Shown here in pieces: positions 1-9,947 of a DNA stretch of 64,000 nt. Each line of letters starts with the position of its first letter. The first letter of the stretch is position 1. Where the stretch lies: the NCBI GenBank assembly GCA_965227295.1, contig OZ245742.1, forward strand, positions 5,088,001-5,152,000. Direction: 5' to 3'. The position numbers and the translations under genes are program-made. Source of the stretch: Leptonemataceae bacterium (GTDB lineage Bacteria; Spirochaetota; Leptospiria; Leptospirales; Leptonemataceae). Under the pieces are notes generated by a model. That model had not been told where the DNA came from, ran no database searches, and worked only from the letters and a program-made list of their open reading frames with translations.

Positions 1-3000
1 GAGAGTGGCGGGCCGTTGGCAACGCGATTCAAGATGCCGCCGATCGAAGTGCGCCACTCGACTTCGTGTTTCACCCGCGAAGCAGTCGAATAGTCCGCTC
101 GAATGGTTTTTTCCGTTCTGTCCGCGAGACCGAAAAGATCAAGGGTCCACCCGGTGATGGTTCCTTCCGACCCGACCCCGCCGAGCAGGCCCGCACCCAG
201 GCCGTAGAAACTACCGGTCGGTCCACCTTCGAATTCGTGATTGCCCGTCGTAACGTTGTAGGCGTAATCCACCCGACCACCGAACGGCCCGCGAGACGCA
301 CCAATGCCGCCGAATTGTTCGATCTCGGTCTGCCCTTCCGAATTGACATAGTAGCGCACACCGCCGGTCAGACCGCCGGCCCAGTTCGGGTTGATGTCGC
401 CGTTCATGCCGGCGAGACCGTCAACTTCAATGCCGTTCCATACTGTCTTGCTGTACAGGGGAGCGATGCGCCAGTTCTCTTCTTGATTGAGGACCAGGTC
501 CATGGGCGGCAGGAGACGATCAGGGGAATACAGATGTAGCAGATTCGAGTTCGGGGGAAGCAGCAACACCTGGCCGTCGGGCCCCTTCAAGGGTTCGCCG
601 TCCGGGCCCACGATCGTCTCATAGAGCTGTCCGTCCTTCTCCACCAGAAATATGCCTTCCTTCTCACGCAGGCGTCTGCGTCGTTCCGCCTCGGCCCTGG
701 TTCTCAGTACGTGATCGGTCTTGCGGATGGTCAGGGTGATGGGATTGCCCCTGTCTTCTTGAGGATAATTATGCACGAGCACGTCCACATCACTCACAAA
801 GTATGTGTGCGTGTCTTCGACTTCGATGTTGTACACGACATCATCGCGCCACTCCCGGCTCACACTGGCAATCTCCGCGGCGCTGCTGCCCGTGGCGCTC
901 GCCAGCATGGATCCGTCGACCGCCGAAGACGCACTGTAGGAAAGTTGCCCGGCCTGCAGTTCGCGCACTTCGGTCCAACCCCGGCCCGCGATGTAGAACG
1001 GATGATTGAACGTGGTCTCGATCACCGGGCCGCCGTCGTCGTAGGCGACCGTGTAGATGAGATTCGTTCGGTGCACGAAGGTCTCGGTCACGGTTTTGTA
1101 CGATACACGCTGCGTCTGCTCGTCCCAGCTTAAGACACGATCGCCGACACTTACGTCTTCGATCTTTTTGTACCACTTGCCGTCCAGTTGAAACGCGCCT
1201 TCGGCATTCGGAGCCGTGCGCACCAGGGTGCCCGCAACGAAACACGTGTTGTATACGAACTCACCGTTCTGCGTATCCAGCATGCCGTCGGCCGTGCTGT
1301 AGGTTCCGCCGATCCACTTCACGGCGTCGCCGATGGCTCCGGTGAACTTATCCCAGGTCGTCTCCCGGGACTCGCCGGAGTCCCCGCTCGCCAGAAGGTT
1401 CTTCGCGTAAGTCGCCGTATGCCAGAGCGACGGATCTTCCCGCAGCAACTCAGCCTGCTCCGGCGTCAGCTTGCCCTGATGTACCATGCGATCGATATAG
1501 CGATCCTGCGCAATGGCGCGGTTTTCCTTACTGTTCCGATCCCGGAGTCGATAGAACTCTTCCAGTTCTTCCTGAGTGGCCTCTTCGGGACGATTCAGGA
1601 ACTTGTCCTCCAGGAATGCCAGACGATCCGCCATGGCCTGTTCCTTTTCACTCTGCGTTTGAAAATCGAAATCCAGGCTGATGTCGTTCGAATGCCCGGA
1701 ATACTGGCCGTTCGCGTCGACGTTTACCGTGAGCGTATTGCCCGCCGAGTAGCTGTTCAGCCCGATGCCGTACTTATCTTCCTCGCCCACCGAGTTGATG
1801 AACTGCGCGCTCTTGCTGCCGTCGGAGTTCAACGTCAACCCGAGACCGGCCGTATGCGTGGCCGAAGCGCCTTCAACCTGTTTGCCGTCCCGATAGCGAT
1901 CCACCTTCGTTTTGTACGTAAGCTGCGCGCTGATGCTGTTGTTCCCGTCCGGCGAAAAGTTCGCGCTCATGCTGCCGCCGAAGCCGCTGTCCGTGTTGTA
2001 CGATGCGCTCAGCGATCCGCCGGTGTAGCCGCCGTCCGCGCCGAAATTCATGCTTGCGTTGAGACCGTAGCCGTCGTCGCTTTGCAGGCCCGCGTTGACG
2101 CTGGCGCCGGTATAGCCCTGGCCTTCTTGAAAGTTCAGACTGCCGCCGAGGCTGAGTCCCGGCACCGGCGCCCCCGCAATCGGGATGCTACCGCTGATCG
2201 AACCGCCGAAGCCGGTATCGGAATCGTACGAAAGATTCACGCTGACGCCGGCCTTCGACGTGTAATGGTTGATCACCGACGACACGCCCGAAGCCGCCGC
2301 GGCCTTCAAAATATCTTCGCTGCTGTCACCTTTTAGATAGCCCTTGTAACCCTGTTTCGCCGCCATGTAACCGGCGAACGCGGCCGTGCCCCAGCCGGTG
2401 CCCACCGCCGCGGCCCCGGCCACGGTCTCGCCGGCCTGCACGGCCATGGCGAGCTCCGGATTGTGATCGGCGTTGCGCCACACGTAGGTAGCGCCGCCGG
2501 TCGCGAAGTCTTCCGGCTTCGGCTGCGCCGCTTCCTTCGCGGCTAACTTCTTGTTTTTGTCGGCGATGGTCGTGCGCTTGAGGAAACCGGCGAGCCCCGG
2601 AATGCCCGTGGCCTCTTCCATCTTCTCGGCCATGAGTTCGTCGGTGTAGGATTGAAACGCGGCCTTCATGCTGTCGCCGCCGAAGTCGACCTTGCCGCCG
2701 GAGACCATACCGCTGATGAAACCCGCCGGCAGCCCCGTGGCCTTGACGATCCCCTGAGTTATGACGTTGTCCGTTTCGGTCTTGATGTAATCCTTGACGG
2801 CCTCCTGCGCGGTCATGCCGCCCATGATCGAAGTAAAGATGCCCGCCGGAAAACCGGTGACCTCGGCGACGTGCGCGGCGGCCTGATTCTGTACTTCCTG
2901 CGCGACGGCCTCCTGAAAAGAAATGCCGCCGGAGAACATGGCCGTTGCCAGGGACTGCAAGAGTGAGCCGAACTTCTTCTTGCGTTTCTTCGCGGCAATC

Positions 3001-5699
3001 TTATCGCCCACGTCTTTTTGGTACGCGTGGTAGTTGTCGACGGCAGTTTGATTGGCCGCCTCGAGCTGTTGCAGCACGCCTTCGAACTTCGCATCCAGCA
3101 GCGCCTGGTTTTCTTCGCGGTTCTTTTCGTGCTCGGCCAGGACCTCGTCGGTATCCCAAAAGTCGAAGATGCTGCCCGTGTCCACGAGCTTCGCGGGCGG
3201 CGGCGGTGCGATGTTCAGCGACTGATCCGCATACTCGGCCTCGTAGTCCTGTCTCGACAGACCACCGGTACCGGCGATCTGCCGCGCCTTGCCGCTGTAA
3301 ATGCTACGCGCGGCGTTGATCATCCCGTCGGCGCCGATCTCCGCCTGGAAGCCGTCGATGGAAATGTAGTCATCGCCTTCGACGCGGGATTGATTCTGCG
3401 AAAGCAAGTCAATGATGCGCTCGCTGTTCTGCCGGCGTTCTTCGATTACGCGATTGTTCAGTTCGGATTGCAAGCCCAGTTGCGCGATGCCGCGGCCGGC
3501 GTTTTCGAAACTCTTCGCCACGCCGGACAATAACGAAAAGTCCGGGACGTCGCTTTCGCGATTCAGCAGATCAACGGTTTTCTCCAGTTCCTGTCCGAAA
3601 CTGCCGCCGGCCGCCGCGGCAATTTCCAGGGCAGCGGCGTTCTTACCGGAGAGCGAGGCCGGTGCCGGCGCTTCGGCCTTGCCCTGGACCACGGCCTGCC
3701 ATTGCGTGCGACCGTCGCGGTACTCGTCCTGCATGCCGGCGTACCACTTGCTGCGTTGTTGAATGATTTCCGAGACGGCTTTGTCGTACGTGACCTGCGC
3801 CGCGGCCTGTTGGTGCGCGGCCTCCGCCTGCCACGCCGCGTAGTCCGCTTCGAAGACGGCGACCTGGGTTTCCCAGGTCTGGATCGCCGGCAGAATGTCA
3901 TCCAGCCAATGCGATACGACGGGATCCAAATCGTTAACGTACCCCTGCCAGATGTCAGCGTTATGCCGGGCGTTGGCGTCCTCCCACTGGTAGCTGAACG
4001 TGATCGTGAGCAGGCGTTCGAGAACATTGTACGTGATTTCACCTTCCGACTCGTGTTCGTTCAGACAGTCCTCACCGCCGCAGGACCAGGTGTAGTACGC
4101 GTACGTATGATCCACGATAAATGCCAGGTCGCCCATACTGGCATAGTGGGCATGACCGTGTTCCTCTCGAACCCCGGTGTTGCGGCAATAATCATCAATC
4201 GGCGCCTGTGGACTGCATCCGCCGATGCCGTAGTACGGGCCGTAGGTTTGGACCAGGCTGCCGACTCCGATGATGTCGGCGGACAGAATGCCCGTGATAT
4301 CGTGCTGCGGATTGCCGAGGGACGCCTGAAAGGAATCCGCGATGGCATTCAGCTCGGGAGCGCTCTGACCCGCGAGAAATCGAACCACCGCATTGACCGT
4401 ACCGGTCTGCTTCAGGACCGCGATGACCGCGTTCGTCGCGGCATTAATGCCGGCCGGCGTAATGCCGAGGACGTCCCGGGGAGCCGCAAGCCCTTTGTTG
4501 GGCGCTTCGGCGTCGTGCACCCCGGCCATTTCATACGGGTCCGCGGTTTTGCGCCAGTCGTCGAAAGATAACTGCAAGTAATTCGGTGTTGCGTCATCGT
4601 ACGCTTGATACGCTGCGGCCAGGTACGTGTTCAGCGCCGCATCCGTAGACATGTTCGTCGAGTAACTGTTCGTCCCCGTACTCTGATTCACCCAGTTCTG
4701 ATACTGCTGCTGCGCGTACGTGCGGCGCTGATCGAGGGCCGTGTACATCGTACTTGCGAGCACCGACAGCGGCTGGTCCTGGTCGAGGCCGTCGTTAAGT
4801 TGGTCGATGATGGCCTGCATGTCCGTCGCCGCCGCGGTGGGACTGCCGTAATCAATGGAGCAGTTGTTCTGGCCGTCGCAGTTCCACTGATAGAAGACGC
4901 CCGACGTATCCAGGTAATTCTGCATGAAGTCCGTCGCGGTGCGAATGCCTGCGCGCACCGTGTTTTCGTAGGCGTCGATCTGCGCCTGGATCGCCGCAAA
5001 CTCGGCTTCCCTCTCCGCGAGCGCGCCGTTCGCCGCGTCATACTGTCCCTGCAATTGCGCGAGCGCGGTCTGAAACTGATACATGCCGTCGGAGAACGTA
5101 GCCTGGAAATCCTGTTCCCAGGCCTGGTACTCGCGTTCGATGTCCTGGGCCGTCGTATCTTCCCGGTTCGCCTCCGCGCGCCCGGCCGCGACGCTATCCT
5201 CGGATTCCTCGGCCGCCGCGCGTTCCTTCTCTTCGCTGAGGTCCGTTAAGAACGCCACACGCTGCTGATCGATTTCCAGGTTGGCCGCGGCCTCCCACAC
5301 CGCGAACTGCGACTGCTTCTGCAATTGCAGCTCACCCCTTAAGTAATCACGATATTCAGCTACGGTGTTGAAGTGATCGGACTGCCCCACCGCGCCGACG
5401 TAGGCCTCGATCTCCGCGTCGATGCTCGCTTCCCATCCCGCGGCGAGGACGAACTTGCCCTGCTTGATGATGTACTCCCAATCCGCCTGGGAACGAGAAG
5501 CCCCGGCGTAGTTGAAGTAAGGGTCCAGTGCGCCCGATTCGTAAGAGTAGGATCCGCTGAGAGTGGGAACGGATACCGGCTGAGCGTGGACCGGAACATA
5601 GGGGCCGACGAAGGCGGCGAGCAACGCAGCAACGAGTACGGCCCCCGTCACCTTTGTTACAATTTCGTGTCTGATGCATTTCCAGCGCAACGTTCTCAT
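1..5699 (-). CDS. Giant TIGR04388-like secreted protein with Hint domain (paralog 1); 3' end outside window
   Basis: Not in ORF track (no stop in window). Manual translation from ATG at 5699 (GAGGTG RBS upstream) gives MRTLRWKCIRHEIVTKVTGAVLVAALLAAFVGPYVPVHA|QPVSVP...LDPYFNYAGASRSQADWEYIIKQGKF, closely similar to 9948..17828. Hint CFVAGTLV...LVHN at 768..1244; same frame still open at position 3. Confidence 0.9.
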   Translation of the reverse strand, partial: MRTLRWKCIRHEIVTKVTGAVLVAALLAAFVGPYVPVHAQPVSVPTLSGSYSYESGALDPYFNYAGASRSQADWEYIIKQGKFVLAAGWEASIDAEIEAYVGAVGQSDHFNTVAEYRDYLRGELQLQKQSQFAVWEAAANLEIDQQRVAFLTDLSEEKERAAAEESEDSVAAGRAEANREDTTAQDIEREYQAWEQDFQATFSDGMYQFQTALAQLQGQYDAANGALAEREAEFAAIQAQIDAYENTVRAGIRTATDFMQNYLDTSGVFYQWNCDGQNNCSIDYGSPTAAATDMQAIIDQLNDGLDQDQPLSVLASTMYTALDQRRTYAQQQYQNWVNQSTGTNSYSTNMSTDAALNTYLAAAYQAYDDATPNYLQLSFDDWRKTADPYEMAGVHDAEAPNKGLAAPRDVLGITPAGINAATNAVIAVLKQTGTVNAVVRFLAGQSAPELNAIADSFQASLGNPQHDITGILSADIIGVGSLVQTYGPYYGIGGCSPQAPIDDYCRNTGVREEHGHAHYASMGDLAFIVDHTYAYYTWSCGGEDCLNEHESEGEITYNVLERLLTITFSYQWEDANARHNADIWQGYVNDLDPVVSHWLDDILPAIQTWETQVAVFEADYAAWQAEAAHQQAAAQVTYDKAVSEIIQQRSKWYAGMQDEYRDGRTQWQAVVQGKAEAPAPASLSGKNAAALEIAAAAGGSFGQELEKTVDLLNRESDVPDFSLLSGVAKSFENAGRGIAQLGLQSELNNRVIEERRQNSERIIDLLSQNQSRVEGDDYISIDGFQAEIGADGMINAARSIYSGKARQIAGTGGLSRQDYEAEYADQSLNIAPPPPAKLVDTGSIFDFWDTDEVLAEHEKNREENQALLDAKFEGVLQQLEAANQTAVDNYHAYQKDVGDKIAAKKRKKKFGSLLQSLATAMFSGGISFQEAVAQEVQNQAAAHVAEVTGFPAGIFTSIMGGMTAQEAVKDYIKTETDNVITQGIVKATGLPAGFISGMVSGGKVDFGGDSMKAAFQSYTDELMAEKMEEATGIPGLAGFLKRTTIADKNKKLAAKEAAQPKPEDFATGGATYVWRNADHNPELAMAVQAGETVAGAAAVGTGWGTAAFAGYMAAKQGYKGYLKGDSSEDILKAAAASGVSSVINHYTSKAGVSVNLSYDSDTGFGGSISGSIPIAGAPVPGLSLGGSLNFQEGQGYTGASVNAGLQSDDGYGLNASMNFGADGGYTGGSLSASYNTDSGFGGSMSANFSPDGNNSISAQLTYKTKVDRYRDGKQVEGASATHTAGLGLTLNSDGSKSAQFINSVGEEDKYGIGLNSYSAGNTLTVNVDANGQYSGHSNDISLDFDFQTQSEKEQAMADRLAFLEDKFLNRPEEATQEELEEFYRLRDRNSKENRAIAQDRYIDRMVHQGKLTPEQAELLREDPSLWHTATYAKNLLASGDSGESRETTWDKFTGAIGDAVKWIGGTYSTADGMLDTQNGEFVYNTCFVAGTLVRTAPNAEGAFQLDGKWYKKIEDVSVGDRVLSWDEQTQRVSYKTVTETFVHRTNLIYTVAYDDGGPVIETTFNHPFYIAGRGWTEVRELQAGQLSYSASSAVDGSMLASATGSSAAEIASVSREWRDDVVYNIEVEDTHTYFVSDVDVLVHNYPQEDRGNPITLTIRKTDHVLRTRAEAERRRRLREKEGIFLVEKDGQLYETIVGPDGEPLKGPDGQVLLLPPNSNLLHLYSPDRLLPPMDLVLNQEENWRIAPLYSKTVWNGIEVDGLAGMNGDINPNWAGGLTGGVRYYVNSEGQTEIEQFGGIGASRGPFGGRVDYAYNVTTGNHEFEGGPTGSFYGLGAGLLGGVGSEGTITGWTLDLFGLADRTEKTIRADYSTASRVKHEVEWRTSIGGILNRVANGPPL
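768..1244 (-). other. Hint (intein-like/pretoxin) domain of paralog 1
   Basis: CFVAGTLVRT...KKIEDVSVGDRVLSWDE...TTFNHPFY...VYNIEVEDTHTYFVSDVDVLVHN|Y. Confidence 0.9.
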
Positions 5700-5807
5700 T
5701 CGCCCACCTCGATCATACTCGCCTTAGCGTTTACGTGGTGACTGTATATTATATTTAGTTTACGGATCTACCATCTGGATCCAAATGGAATAGAATATCG
5801 ACGGTGA

Positions 5808-7460
5808 GTGGAAGATTTTGGAGTGAGAGGATATGCCAGTATCTTCGCGCCGGCCTTGCTGCCGGCCCTGTGCGCTTCGTGCGGTCCCGACCTGTTCGCC
5901 TCGTACCCTCCCGTCATCGACGCCTCCGGAGAGATTGCCGGCGTTCGCACGGAATACATCGCCTATATTGAAGATCCCGCCGACGAACTGACGCTGGAAC
6001 GGGTGCGCGGGACGCCGACAGCCTGGCGGCCGCTTGCCAACGAAACACCGACGTTCGGCTACAGCTCCTCGTCCTACTGGTTGCGCTTCCTGCTTGAAAA
6101 TCGGAGCGACGTCGAACGCGACGTAATCCTGCTGTTGAACAACGAGTACATCGATCACTTTGATCTGTACGGCATCGAGTCTTCTCCGAACACGAAAGAG
6201 GAGCCCGTGTTTCATAAATCAGGCGGCCGAGAGCATCCCTTCGCGGCCCGCGGCCTTTTACACAGAAAATACGCCTATCCGCTGACCGTTCCGCCCCGCA
6301 CGCGCTACGACGTGTACCTGCACCTGCGCTCCAGGAACAGCCTGAATATTCCGCTCTTCGTTCTGTCCCGCTCCGATTACGAAGAAATGCGCGGGCACGA
6401 AAATCTGCGCATGGGCATCTACGGCGGACTGTTCATGCTCTTGCTCATCGTCACCACGGTGGTTTATTTTTTACTGGGGCAGAGCAGTTTTTTATACTAC
6501 ATCGGCTACCTGCTGTTCAGCTTCGCCTACCAGTTCTCTCTCCAGGGTTACGCATATAAGTATCTGTGGCCGAATCATCCGGTGTGGGCCGGCATGGTGA
6601 ACACCCTGGCGTTTTCCGCCGCCGCCGCCATGGCCGCTCTCTTCGCGCGCGAATTCCTGGAAACGCGAACGCGACATCCGCGTACAAATGCCGCGTTACT
6701 CGTCGCGGCCTGTTGCTGGGTTCTGCTGCCCGTCGGCCTGTGCCTCGTTCCCGCCGGCACCCTCGAATACATCATGGCGAAGGCCCTCGCCCCCGCGACG
6801 ATCGCGATCTTCTACTTCAGCGGCTGGCAGGCCTACGTCGGCGGTTACCGGCCGGCGCGGTTCTACGTACTGGCCTGGACCGCGTACCTGCCCTTCGCGT
6901 TTTTTTATCTCTTACAGGTGAACGGCGTCGTCTCCAACGGCATTACCGGCGTGGACATGCTCGAAAACCTGGCCATCGGCATTTCCCTGGAAATGCTCAT
7001 TTTTCCCTTCGCCATCGGTGATCGCATGCGTCTGGCGCTGGATGAGGGCGAGCACTTCGGCCGACGAAATCGCGCGAAGCAGAGATCGAGCAGCGCCTCG
7101 CGGTCCTCGCGGCTGGATCATGCCGATGTGGAACGACGGCTGCATGAAGCACTGGATGTTCGTAAGATTTATCAGAATGATATTAAACTGAGCGAGCTGG
7201 CCGGCGAAATCGATCTGAACGAAAAGGATCTTTCCAGTTATCTCAACAACGTCACGGGCAAGAGCTTTTACGCTTTGATCAATGAATATCGTGTCGCCGA
7301 AGCGAAAGAACTGTTACTGGAGCAACCGGACGAAAAGATCATCACGATTGCTCACGCCGTGGGCTTCCAGTCCCTGTCCACGTTTCACAGCGCCTTCCAA
7401 AAGGCCACCGGCATGAGCCCGCGGGAGTTTCGCAAACAAAACGGCGCCGGTTCGGCGTAG
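5808..7460 (+). CDS. 7TM-DISMED2 + 7TM-DISM membrane sensor fused to AraC-family HTH
   Basis: PTFGYSSSSYWLRF (DISMED2), several TM segments with GYRPARFYVLAW, C-terminal AraC motif (FYALINEYRVAEAKELL...IAHAVGFQSLSTFHSAFQKATGMSPREFR). Start uncertain. Confidence 0.85.
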   Translation: MEDFGVRGYASIFAPALLPALCASCGPDLFASYPPVIDASGEIAGVRTEYIAYIEDPADELTLERVRGTPTAWRPLANETPTFGYSSSSYWLRFLLENRSDVERDVILLLNNEYIDHFDLYGIESSPNTKEEPVFHKSGGREHPFAARGLLHRKYAYPLTVPPRTRYDVYLHLRSRNSLNIPLFVLSRSDYEEMRGHENLRMGIYGGLFMLLLIVTTVVYFLLGQSSFLYYIGYLLFSFAYQFSLQGYAYKYLWPNHPVWAGMVNTLAFSAAAAMAALFAREFLETRTRHPRTNAALLVAACCWVLLPVGLCLVPAGTLEYIMAKALAPATIAIFYFSGWQAYVGGYRPARFYVLAWTAYLPFAFFYLLQVNGVVSNGITGVDMLENLAIGISLEMLIFPFAIGDRMRLALDEGEHFGRRNRAKQRSSSASRSSRLDHADVERRLHEALDVRKIYQNDIKLSELAGEIDLNEKDLSSYLNNVTGKSFYALINEYRVAEAKELLLEQPDEKIITIAHAVGFQSLSTFHSAFQKATGMSPREFRKQNGAGSA

Positions 7461-7471
7461 TCCGCGGTGCT

Positions 7472-8353
7472 TTAGCGGCCGCGCATTTCCCGCAATCGCC
7501 CCTGCGCGTCCTGAATCTGCTGCGTCATCTTCGGCGGCACGCGGCGCAGAAACTCTTCGAGGTTCGCCACGGCGGCGCCTTTCTTCGCTAACTTCTGCTG
7601 AACGATTCCTAAGTTGAGATAGGCCTCGAAACGATCCGGCGTGAGCCGAATGACGCGCTGATAATCCTGCTCCGCGAGTCCCAGGGCCCCCGTCTGTTGA
7701 TGCACGACGCCCAGGTTGTAATGCGCGTTGGCGTAGTTCGGATCGATCTGCAACGCGCGGCGCAACGTTCGCTCCGCCGCTTCGCGATCTCCGAGCCCGA
7801 GGTACGCCGTGGCCAGGTTCGTTTCAATGTCCGCGTTCTCTTTCAAGGCCGCAGCGTTTTCAAAGTGGCGCGCCGCCTCTTCGTAACGGCCGGCGTTGTA
7901 GTAAATGAGGCCGGCGTAAGCCTGGGCGTCGAAGTAGTCTTTGTTGATGCTGATCGCTTTGAGGAACGCCGCAAGGGCCGGCTCGTAATCGCTCGCCGAG
8001 TAAAACGCGAGGCCCATATTGTAATGATACATCGCTTCGCCCGGGCGCAACTCTACGGCCTTCTGAAAAAACTCCACCGCCTTCGGGATCTCCCCCATGC
8101 GCAGATAACTCATGCCGATGTTGTTCGGATACTCCGCGTTTTCCGGGTCGACCTCGTGGGCTTCGAGAAAGTGCGGCAACGAACGCACGAAGGCGGCCTG
8201 TTGAAAATGCGCGAGGCCGGTTTCGTTTGCGGCTTCGGCCCGAGCGCGGGCCGTGTCCGAGACCGTGGGGGAGCAGGCTGCGAGGGTCGACAGCGAAACG
8301 GACAGCAGGATCGCGAGAATTTTTTTGCGGGGTGCCATGCTCATATCCTTCAA
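7472..8353 (-). CDS. TPR-repeat lipoprotein
   Basis: Lipobox-like LAAC; repeated TPR motifs (YNMGLAFY, AHYNLGVV, AYLNLGIV); overlaps the upstream MORN gene stop. Confidence 0.85.
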   Translation of the reverse strand: MKDMSMAPRKKILAILLSVSLSTLAACSPTVSDTARARAEAANETGLAHFQQAAFVRSLPHFLEAHEVDPENAEYPNNIGMSYLRMGEIPKAVEFFQKAVELRPGEAMYHYNMGLAFYSASDYEPALAAFLKAISINKDYFDAQAYAGLIYYNAGRYEEAARHFENAAALKENADIETNLATAYLGLGDREAAERTLRRALQIDPNYANAHYNLGVVHQQTGALGLAEQDYQRVIRLTPDRFEAYLNLGIVQQKLAKKGAAVANLEEFLRRVPPKMTQQIQDAQGRLREMRGR

Positions 8354-9345
8354 GGAGTCGAGCGTTCTTCGCCCTCGATCAGCGAACCGTTTTGAAACGT
8401 TCCCGACTTTTGCGTTCCGTCCTTGAACGTCAACGTGCCGCTGCCGTGGAACTCGCCGTTCTGGAATTCGCCTTCGTAGCGCAGATAACTTACGAATTCG
8501 GACGGATATAGCATGATGCCGGAACCGGTCTGTTCTCCTTCGACGAACGTTCCGACGTACTTGCGGCCGTCGCTGTAGATGTAGGTACCCTCACCGTGCG
8601 GAATACCGTCTGCCAGGCGGCCGATGTAAACGTCCCCGCGATTAAACTGCTCGTCGCCGTACGCTAAGACGCCGTCATACATCGCACCGTCGCGCCATTC
8701 GCCGACGAAGCGTTGCCCGTCGCGCCAGACCATCATTCCACGACCGTGCATCTGGTTGTTCTTGAATTCGCCGGAGTACCGGAACTCGAACGGATCTTCG
8801 GATCCTTCCAGTGCACGTTCGTAAAAGCCGTAGCCCTCGAATCGATTTTCGCGCATCTGTCCCAGGTAATAACGCCCGTCGCCCGGATGCCGGAACTCGC
8901 CGTAGCCGTGGCGCTGACTGCCCTGCCATTCGCCGATGTAGTACTGGCCGGTATTCGCGCCGCCGAATTCGTAGCGCCCGAAGCCCTCGGACTGGTTGTC
9001 CTGGAACTGGCCGGTGTACGTACTCTGCGTGGCCGCCTGGCTTTGTTCGCCGTAGCCGTCCTTGTAACCGCCGGAAAACTCGCCGGTGTAGATGTCCTTC
9101 TCGGCGTCGATGTATCGGCCGTAGTACATCTCGCCGTCCACGAAGGTGCCGTGGAACTTCTGCCCGCCGCGGAAATCCATGTCGCCCACGCCGTTTTCGC
9201 AGTTGCCGGCGGTGCAGCGGCCGGGGGCCGGGGAGCAGTGGGAGACGGCGAGCAGCGTGCAGAAGGCACGGCAAAGCAGGCCCAGCCCGTCCCGATTCAC
9301 CCGACGATTAAGCAAGATGGACCCGCCGATCAAACCGTTGCTCAT
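8350..9345 (-). CDS. MORN-repeat protein (exported or lipoprotein)
   Basis: Many YxGxF/WxxGxxHGxG repeats; N-terminal CTAGNCENGVG. True start may be GTG at 9300. Confidence 0.85.
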   Translation of the reverse strand: MSNGLIGGSILLNRRVNRDGLGLLCRAFCTLLAVSHCSPAPGRCTAGNCENGVGDMDFRGGQKFHGTFVDGEMYYGRYIDAEKDIYTGEFSGGYKDGYGEQSQAATQSTYTGQFQDNQSEGFGRYEFGGANTGQYYIGEWQGSQRHGYGEFRHPGDGRYYLGQMRENRFEGYGFYERALEGSEDPFEFRYSGEFKNNQMHGRGMMVWRDGQRFVGEWRDGAMYDGVLAYGDEQFNRGDVYIGRLADGIPHGEGTYIYSDGRKYVGTFVEGEQTGSGIMLYPSEFVSYLRYEGEFQNGEFHGSGTLTFKDGTQKSGTFQNGSLIEGEERSTP

Positions 9346-9940
9346 TCAGATTATCGTTGTCAAAGATAGGCAATCCGCCTGCCCCGTATTCCGGCGTGAT
9401 GTGTAATTCCAGATTCGGCGCCACCGCAAACATGGTCCCGGTGTCCAAGCGCGGACATATGCCAATCACACGCGATGGGCCACCCACAGCACGATCCTTT
9501 AAAAGAACCTCAAATCCGACAAAGGTAGACCCGATAATTCCTTGAACGATAGCGTCCGCATATTCCGGACTGGATACGGCAGAAACACTGACCCAGTTCC
9601 AATCGTCAAAGTCCCCACCGAGAGTCGTCGGATCATCGGGAGGTGGCGGGCCGATACTTCCCATCAACTGCTCGTTGATCTTATCCCCCGCGATGCAAAA
9701 ATAGGAGCCGTCGCCTCCCAACTGAAACGAAAGGAAACCGACGCCGCGGGCAATAAGAGCCCCGGCAGGAAAGCCGTAGCCGTCTTCCTGGTATTTCTTT
9801 ACAATTTCCGCAGGCACGGCAGGGCCGACCGTGCGTATATGTCTCACAACGTCCACGATGGTCCTGCCGACGAGGCTTCCCGGGGAAGGGCGCAACTCAC
9901 TCAGGGGAGTCCATGTAAATTTCGACGGTTGAACACTCAT
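9308..9940 (-). CDS. Putative immunity protein for paralog 2
   Basis: ATG at 9940, 7 nt after the giant-gene stop; distantly alignable by eye to 30971..31624. Function inferred from position. Confidence 0.6.
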   Translation of the reverse strand: MSVQPSKFTWTPLSELRPSPGSLVGRTIVDVVRHIRTVGPAVPAEIVKKYQEDGYGFPAGALIARGVGFLSFQLGGDGSYFCIAGDKINEQLMGSIGPPPPDDPTTLGGDFDDWNWVSVSAVSSPEYADAIVQGIIGSTFVGFEVLLKDRAVGGPSRVIGICPRLDTGTMFAVAPNLELHITPEYGAGGLPIFDNDNLNEQRFDRRVHLA

Positions 9941-9947
9941 ACGCCCG

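Noticed and set aside
66..5741. Many plus-strand and off-frame ORFs, e.g. 1188..2336 and 3702..4571
   Set aside because: Shadows of the long minus-strand frame starting at 5699, which is homologous to 9948..17828.
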